From positions 1-64,000 of the IMG/VR virus record IMGVR_UViG_3300020463_000007: a DNA stretch of 64,000 nucleotides; one strand, given 5' to 3'. Made by a program: the position numbers and the translations under genes. Source of the DNA: a virus. Shown here piece by piece: positions 58,317-64,000 of the stretch (positions are counted from its first letter, which is position 1; the number at the start of each line of letters is the position of its first letter). Under the pieces are notes generated by a model, which was not told where the DNA came from, did no database searches, and worked only from the letters and a program-made list of their open reading frames with translations.

Positions 58317-59003
58317 TTATTCCCAGGTAAAGCTAATTTGTTTATGTGGAATTTTCCAAGCATCAATGCTTGCATAGTTAGTCCTTACAGATTTTAACCA
58401 TGTTGCGATTGTTTGCATTTCTGTTTTTTGATCAGATGTAAACTCGTCAGCTTTATCAGTAATTGCTGCTTCGATTCTAGCTGCTTCGGCATCATAACCA
58501 TCAAACAAAGCTGATTTATCTATAGGATGAGCCAAATATGGAGGCATTGTAAATTTGCCTGTGCCTGAATTATATTTTACTGGTGTCGAACCATCATGTA
58601 TACTCTGCACAAAGTTTTGTGTATTATAGGAGTATTCATAGTTCTCATCATCACCTGGTGTTGTAAATTTGTAATCTGCTATACCACCTGTAGCATCTTT
58701 TGCTGGTATTGTATCGTCGCCAAGCAAATATGCTGCTACTTCTGGATTATCATTAGCGTCAAGTATGTGAAAAGTATGTGGACCATTCATTGTACTATCA
58801 TCATGTTTGTGATCAGGTAATTGGTTATCCAGTACATCCTTACTGTCATCACTGCTTTCTATTGTAAATAAATTTCCATCTTTGTCAACACTAAAGATGT
58901 GGTAACGTATACCTCTCCAAGTAACATCTACTGTGTTTCCGTCGGTCACAGAAGGGTTCCATGGTTCATTTGGATACGTGTATGTAAAAGTTTTTGTAAT
59001 CAT
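58317..59003 (-). CDS. Hypothetical, possible tail-fibre assembly chaperone
   Basis: Directly downstream of the fibre-like paralogs; helical C-terminus ...WLKSV...W..P; late motif at 59038-59045. Confidence 0.45.
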   Translation of the reverse strand: MITKTFTYTYPNEPWNPSVTDGNTVDVTWRGIRYHIFSVDKDGNLFTIESSDDSKDVLDNQLPDHKHDDSTMNGPHTFHILDANDNPEVAAYLLGDDTIPAKDATGGIADYKFTTPGDDENYEYSYNTQNFVQSIHDGSTPVKYNSGTGKFTMPPYLAHPIDKSALFDGYDAEAARIEAAITDKADEFTSDQKTEMQTIATWLKSVRTNYASIDAWKIPHKQISFTWE

Positions 59004-59061
59004 ATCTGTTTCCTTAATTAAGTACCTTTCGTATTATTATTTATCATAAACCACTGTTGTA

Positions 59062-60159
59062 TTACTGATCATGACTCTCTATAGCACCTCTGTATTTAAT
59101 CCTAACAATACTGTTTCCACCGGAAAATCCATGTGTTCTAACACTACTACAAGCAAAAGTAGATGGTGCTGGCATAGCTGGTCTCCACCACGATTGGCAA
59201 CCCGTAAATTCATAACATTCGCACATTTTATTACCACTCCAACAACTTGTTGGTCTACCACCTCTTGTTGGTCCTCTATCCAATCCTTGAACAGCATGAT
59301 CCATACTTTGGAATGGAGATCCTGCGTAAGTATACATGTCGTTCCAAGTATGATTAACTTGCATTTCTGCTCCGCATGTTGCATATAACATAGGTGGTGT
59401 ATGGATAATCTGTCTGTGACAGGGCCAACAACATGGGTTACAATGTCCATAGAAATGACAAGCTATTCTGTTAACATCTCCAGGACAGCAAACAATATTT
59501 TTAAAATATGAAGTTCCTGCTCCGCCAATATATGCTTGAGGTAAACTACTTGTAGTAGGCCAGTTATTTCCTGATCCTAAGTTACATACTATTCCACAAC
59601 CCGCACCAGTAGCGTTACCGTCTAGGTCAAATCCTGGTGTAATACATGCACCATTTGATCCCAAACAGCACATCATTGAACCATCGTTAATACACATACT
59701 TCTGCCGCCATATCCGTTTTGAGCACAGATACACGCACACGTATATGTACAAGCTGGTACATTTCCTGGGCATATCGTAACACATGCAGATCCAGTGTTA
59801 CCACCACACATACAGTTGCCTCCTGAATTACAAGAACGACCTCCATAAATCCAAATATAACCATTAGCAGTCATAGGTGTTGTAATTCTCATATAGGCAC
59901 CCGGATTACCTCCTACGCCTGCACCACAACAACACAAACAAGCACTACCTCTACCGCCTGCACCCCAAATTTCTATTTCTAAGTCAACAACTTTGTTTGA
60001 ATCACAAGTAATTTGACAGCCATACCATTTTGCACAGTGAGGGTACTCATTGAAGTTTCCAGGAGTAAATCCCCAGATTCTTCCGTATTCTAAATTAGTT
60101 TCTTTGAAGCCAGTTGTTAAAAGCTCTCTTGAATTTAATAATGATTTTAATGTAGCCAT
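59062..60159 (-). CDS. Cys/Gly-rich virion protein, paralog 3
   Basis: MATL start, EIWGAGG..CLCCC and CECYE; about 35 Cys in 365 aa. Confidence 0.75.
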   Translation of the reverse strand: MATLKSLLNSRELLTTGFKETNLEYGRIWGFTPGNFNEYPHCAKWYGCQITCDSNKVVDLEIEIWGAGGRGSACLCCCGAGVGGNPGAYMRITTPMTANGYIWIYGGRSCNSGGNCMCGGNTGSACVTICPGNVPACTYTCACICAQNGYGGRSMCINDGSMMCCLGSNGACITPGFDLDGNATGAGCGIVCNLGSGNNWPTTSSLPQAYIGGAGTSYFKNIVCCPGDVNRIACHFYGHCNPCCWPCHRQIIHTPPMLYATCGAEMQVNHTWNDMYTYAGSPFQSMDHAVQGLDRGPTRGGRPTSCWSGNKMCECYEFTGCQSWWRPAMPAPSTFACSSVRTHGFSGGNSIVRIKYRGAIESHDQ

Positions 60160-60175
60160 ATTTTTTTATTCCTAA

Positions 60176-61171
60176 TTAAGTCGCCTTATATAAAATTCTA
60201 ACATATCCAAGGCCTCCTCTAGAGCCAACGTCTCTAACGTCTGGACAACCCATTGCCATAGTAGCGCCTTGTCCTGGTGGTACAAAAGGCACACAACCTA
60301 TTGCTTCATAACAAGCACAAATTTTAGCTGAATTCCAACAACTACCTGTGCTTGGATGCATTGGTGAAATATTTCTTGCAACAGCGCCTTTGGCATTCAT
60401 TTGAGGTGCTCGCCAGTTTCCTGATTGTGCTTGACCTGGCATGTTTCCATCGTCCCCTGCATGCATTGATGTTGCTTGATATCCGCCTGACACGTATTGT
60501 CCATGGGGTATAGCATTTGATGCTTGTATATAATCTGTGTTTGAGCTGGTGTCGCAAGTCCATTGTCCATTACAGGAATATGTACCTGGGCAGTTGATAT
60601 CACCTCCATATGCTGTTGCTACTGCATATGTGTTTCTACATCCACATACAATTCCGCAACCAACACTTAGTCCACAGCCTTGATAAGCTGCGAAACAACA
60701 GTTCTGTAAACAACACATAGCAGATGTACTTGTTCTACATCCTGTAAATCCGCCGTTACCACCTTGAGCACACATACAACTACATGTACTAGCTGTACCT
60801 AAACATATTGACACACAAGTTGCCTCTGAACATCCTGGATAACAAAATGAAGCGTTTGGCATACATGGATGACCTGTGTTACCACAAACATATCCATTAG
60901 CAGTCATAGTTACTGTTTTCTTAGCGTATGAACCTGATTGTCCACCTACGCTGAAGTTACAACAACATTGACACCCTGTTGAACCGCCTGCTCCCCAAAT
61001 CTCAATTAGTGCAGTACCTGCACCTGGTGAATACCAAGCAAAACAATTAGTAAAACATCCAAATTGTCTTGCAGAGCAAAAAACGTAGATTTCGCCGTCT
61101 TCTAAATTACTTTCGTCAATTGGATAACTTTTTGACAGTCTTTCAGTTATTAATGTGTCTAGTGTTGCCAT
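60176..61171 (-). CDS. Cys/Gly-rich virion protein, paralog 2
   Basis: MATL, EIWGAGG..CQCCC and CACYE; about 33 Cys in 331 aa. Confidence 0.75.
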   Translation of the reverse strand: MATLDTLITERLSKSYPIDESNLEDGEIYVFCSARQFGCFTNCFAWYSPGAGTALIEIWGAGGSTGCQCCCNFSVGGQSGSYAKKTVTMTANGYVCGNTGHPCMPNASFCYPGCSEATCVSICLGTASTCSCMCAQGGNGGFTGCRTSTSAMCCLQNCCFAAYQGCGLSVGCGIVCGCRNTYAVATAYGGDINCPGTYSCNGQWTCDTSSNTDYIQASNAIPHGQYVSGGYQATSMHAGDDGNMPGQAQSGNWRAPQMNAKGAVARNISPMHPSTGSCWNSAKICACYEAIGCVPFVPPGQGATMAMGCPDVRDVGSRGGLGYVRILYKAT

Positions 61172-61184
61172 TTTCTAATCCTTA

Positions 61185-62201
61185 TCACGTTGCCGCTCTC
61201 CATAAAATTCTTACTGCACCGTGTCCACCGCGTTGACCTTGGTCTCTAACGCTGTTACACGTCATAGACGGAACTCCGCCGTGTCCTCTTGGTGCTGTTG
61301 ATTGGCAGCCGTTGTTTTCATAACATCCGCACAGTCGACTAAAGTAACAAAATTGATTGGTACTCCATCCGTTGGAAGGTGATCTCTTCATTCCTTCTAG
61401 TGCATAGCTATGATAATGATGATATCCAGCCGTACCACCTATTGCTATCTGACTGTCATTGTCTCCTGAGAAGTTTACCATACCTCCACCTGTAGCGTGT
61501 GTACCTGCTGGAACTCTCACATGATATTGTACATAACAGTGATTAGCACTATCACAATTATAAAAACTTGTACAACTAATTCCGCCTGGGCAGTTGATAT
61601 CGCCTCCGTATGCGTTAGCTATCGTTCCTGCCACTGTACCGTCGGTCCTTGTATTACATGCTAGTCCGCAACCTCCACCCCAAGCTGAACCAGCTGGATT
61701 TGTCATTGCTGTTGTACAGAAACTACCGTCTGCTACAAAACAACAAAATGAGCTTGCACTTGGAGCACACATAGTTGTGCCGCCTTCGCCACCTTGGGCA
61801 CATAAACATCCACATATTGTGTTATCACTGGCTGCGCCGAAGTAACAAACACATGTGCCTGTACTTCTGCCTCTGTAACACATTGAGTCAGCGTTGCCGC
61901 ATGAGCTACCTACGCATCCACAAACTTTTGAATTCGCATCTACTAAAAAACATTTTACAACGTATGCTCCTGGATTGCCCGGAACACCCTGACCACAACA
62001 ACACATTTTACCGCCAGAACCACCTGCACCCCAAATTTCAACTCTTAAACAACCGTTACCTGGTGACTTATATGTAAATTTGTGACATTGGCTGTGTTCT
62101 GATGCTGGTGTCCAGTAGAATAGTCTTCCTGTTTCAAGATTCTCTTCTTGACCCACGTAAGCTGGATTTCTACCTTCTATTATCGATTGTAACGTTGCCA
62201 T
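61185..62201 (-). CDS. Cys/Gly-rich virion protein, paralog 1
   Basis: MATL, EIWGAGG..MCCC and CGCYE; about 30 Cys in 338 aa. Confidence 0.75.
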   Translation of the reverse strand: MATLQSIIEGRNPAYVGQEENLETGRLFYWTPASEHSQCHKFTYKSPGNGCLRVEIWGAGGSGGKMCCCGQGVPGNPGAYVVKCFLVDANSKVCGCVGSSCGNADSMCYRGRSTGTCVCYFGAASDNTICGCLCAQGGEGGTTMCAPSASSFCCFVADGSFCTTAMTNPAGSAWGGGCGLACNTRTDGTVAGTIANAYGGDINCPGGISCTSFYNCDSANHCYVQYHVRVPAGTHATGGGMVNFSGDNDSQIAIGGTAGYHHYHSYALEGMKRSPSNGWSTNQFCYFSRLCGCYENNGCQSTAPRGHGGVPSMTCNSVRDQGQRGGHGAVRILWRAAT

Positions 62202-62216
62202 TTAAATTTTCTCCGT

Positions 62217-62549
62217 TTAGTTACTTGTAAGAACCCAGCCATAAGTTGCATTTGTATAAGTCAAAGTAATCACAGCGTTAGCTACGTTAATAGTCAAATC
62301 TTCTGCTGTACCTTGTATGTTATTACTGTTGCGTCCTACGGTGATATTATTACTTGCCGCTTGTCCTGCTATGTCGTAAATCTGTACCACGTCACCTGCC
62401 ATTGTATCTGCTGCTGCCGGTAGGGTGATTGTAAAAGCACCACCTGATGCGTCTGCTAAGATACGATCATTAACTAGAGCTTGGTAGGTTGTAGTAATAG
62501 ACCTTACGGTTGAAGCCTGACCTGGAGTTGCATTAATATATCTTCCCAT
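62217..62549 (-). CDS. Small baseplate/fibre-joint protein (T4 gp9/gp10 N-domain-like)
   Basis: ADASGGAFTITLP...GDVVQIYD...NNITV...IQG...YGW pattern. Confidence 0.7.
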   Translation of the reverse strand: MGRYINATPGQASTVRSITTTYQALVNDRILADASGGAFTITLPAAADTMAGDVVQIYDIAGQAASNNITVGRNSNNIQGTAEDLTINVANAVITLTYTNATYGWVLTSN

Positions 62550-62573
62550 TTTATAATTCCTTTGTCATTGTAT

Positions 62574-62891
62574 TTATGCCGCTGTCTCAATTCCAAACGC
62601 TACTGCACTTACGTTAGCAACATTTGTGTAGACAACTAATAGTTTTCCGGCTTGCATAACAATACCAGTTCTTTCTAGTAACGCCTTTGGTGTAAGTTCT
62701 GTATCAAATTCGATGAACTCACCGTTTGTCGGCGTACTAGCATCTGCTATCGCTAATCTTACGAAGCACGAGCTGTTACCTCTGTTTAGCATATTGATGC
62801 TTACTACAGCAAATGTAGACGCCGGACAGGTATATACAGTTGTATATGTACCTGCTGCTACATCGCTTGCTCCTAATCTTCCACTTGCCAT
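62574..62891 (-). CDS. Small virion structural protein
   Basis: TTVYTCPA...IEFD...LERTGIV beta-sandwich pattern; tail module. Confidence 0.6.
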   Translation of the reverse strand: MASGRLGASDVAAGTYTTVYTCPASTFAVVSINMLNRGNSSCFVRLAIADASTPTNGEFIEFDTELTPKALLERTGIVMQAGKLLVVYTNVANVSAVAFGIETAA

Positions 62892-62906
62892 TTTATTTCT
62901 CCATGT

Positions 62907-64000
62907 TTATTGTTGTAGATAGTAGTTCATTGCCAACGGATGTCCGTCAACACCTTTTGCAAAGTTTACTTTCTGTAATGTATTTATTGCAACATTAGTG
63001 GTTGTAGTAATTGTACTACCAGTAATTTGTACCACCCCTGCTGTAATGCTGTTTACATTTAGCTCACCCTGTCCTCCACCTATTTGACTAGTAATATATG
63101 TTTTAATAGCTTTTTGTGTAGGAACGATATTATCGCTGTCTGCGGTAAATGTTCCATCAGTAGAGAATTCTGTAATTGTTGCACCGGTGCCGCCTAATTC
63201 AACGGATCCTAGTTCCAACTGGTTTAATCCTGATATGTTAAATGCATCGGCATTCAGAGTTGCAATACCTGTTGATTGTTCAATACTAAACAAGTCACCA
63301 ACTCTAAAGTTACCATCTTGATCTGTAGATGTAAAGAACACTCTACCACCACCAAAGTTATTTGTTTCTTTAGTTTGATCAGGATTTACATTTGGTGTTC
63401 CTGGATAGTTTGTATCAGAAAAATCACCTGTTCCTATATCAAGATAATCATGTCCAGTCAATCTTGCTTGACTGTATCTAATTGTAACTGTTGTAGCTTC
63501 ACCATGTTCTGGCGCTTCTGTAACTGTAATATCAGGACTTACTTGAAATGTTGCTGCATATGGTCCACTGCCTGTTAAGTTTGTAGTCTTGACAAGTTTA
63601 AACCATTTACCTGCAATTCCTGCAAATGCAACGTTTGCTCCGGCTTGTGGTGCTGATGCTAATCCTGCAATTCTAATATTTGCTCCAGGTTGATATCTAT
63701 CAGCATGACCATCACCTGTTACTGTTGCTTGAGCTGTTGTAAATGCTGTACCTCTGTTAGTCCAAGTTGGTTGCCTTAGAACTCCATCACCAGTTCTAAC
63801 AATATGTGGAGCGTCATCAGTATTGTTAGGATCAGTCAATGTAAATGTAGGTGTACCTGAATAGCCTGTGCCTGGATCCCATATTCTAACTTCTGAAATT
63901 TTTCCGTCTGTAACTTTTACACGACCTTTTGCAATGTCTGCATAAGCACTTACGCCGCCGCCGCTGAAGGTTACTCTTGGTTCGATGATGTAATTTGTTG
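62907..64000 (-). CDS. Large virion structural protein, C-terminal part; runs off the window end
   Basis: The frame stays open from 63839 to the window end (TNYIIEPRVTF...); TGHDYLDIGTG, GGGRVFFTSTDQDGNFRVG and VPTQKAIKTY. Confidence 0.8.
   Translation of the reverse strand, partial: TNYIIEPRVTFSGGGVSAYADIAKGRVKVTDGKISEVRIWDPGTGYSGTPTFTLTDPNNTDDAPHIVRTGDGVLRQPTWTNRGTAFTTAQATVTGDGHADRYQPGANIRIAGLASAPQAGANVAFAGIAGKWFKLVKTTNLTGSGPYAATFQVSPDITVTEAPEHGEATTVTIRYSQARLTGHDYLDIGTGDFSDTNYPGTPNVNPDQTKETNNFGGGRVFFTSTDQDGNFRVGDLFSIEQSTGIATLNADAFNISGLNQLELGSVELGGTGATITEFSTDGTFTADSDNIVPTQKAIKTYITSQIGGGQGELNVNSITAGVVQITGSTITTTTNVAINTLQKVNFAKGVDGHPLAMNYYLQQ

Noticed and set aside
59062-62201. Paralogous tail genes as diversity-generating retroelement targets
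   Set aside because: No reverse transcriptase and no TR/VR pair with adenine-specific mismatches was seen in the window.
1-64000. Alternative genetic code, introns or inteins in core genes
   Set aside because: Core genes (terminase, sheath, UvsW, UvsX) are full-length and uninterrupted in the standard code, and TAA, TAG and TGA all serve as stops.
1-64000. tRNA, rRNA or large ncRNA genes
   Set aside because: Intergenic gaps are short and are mostly explained by small ORFs, promoters or hairpins. No cloverleaf was recognised by eye; a covariance search was not possible.

Overview
This is an AT-rich 64-kb segment of a large T4-like (myovirus) bacteriophage genome, probably marine and infecting an alphaproteobacterium. 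The host inference comes from the bc1-type cytochrome b, the zf-CHCC protein and the DUF6552/DUF2061-like genes. Core T4-like genes present: primase, clamp-loader small subunit, UvsW, UvsX, UvsY, gp32 SSB, large terminase, gp4-like head completion nuclease, tail tube, tail sheath, gp13/14/15 neck proteins, dNMP kinase, and baseplate/tail-fibre genes. Accessory genes: a stand-alone, apparently intact cytochrome b (petB) coupled to an NDUFS6-like zinc-finger gene, peptide deformylase, glyA, a miniaturised DnaE core, and an unusually large glycan toolkit. The toolkit comprises kdsB, three KpsC/KpsS-like domains, GT-A enzymes, methyltransferases, hldE/hldD/gmhB plus a cupin, a GT9-like transferase and two carbamoyltransferases. 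The GT9-carbamoyltransferase pair sits inside the tail module, next to three paralogous proteins with 9-10% Cys. Two promoter classes are visible: sigma70-type (TTGAC-N17-TATAAT) and a T4-late-like (G/T)ATAA(A/G)TA motif. The best candidate for an undescribed system is a phage-encoded, temporally staged virion glycosylation pathway (heptose/Kdo plus carbamoyl/methyl). The respiratory petB module is second. No tRNA, rRNA, CRISPR array, integrase or reverse transcriptase was recognised. All family calls come from motif recognition by eye, not from database searches.
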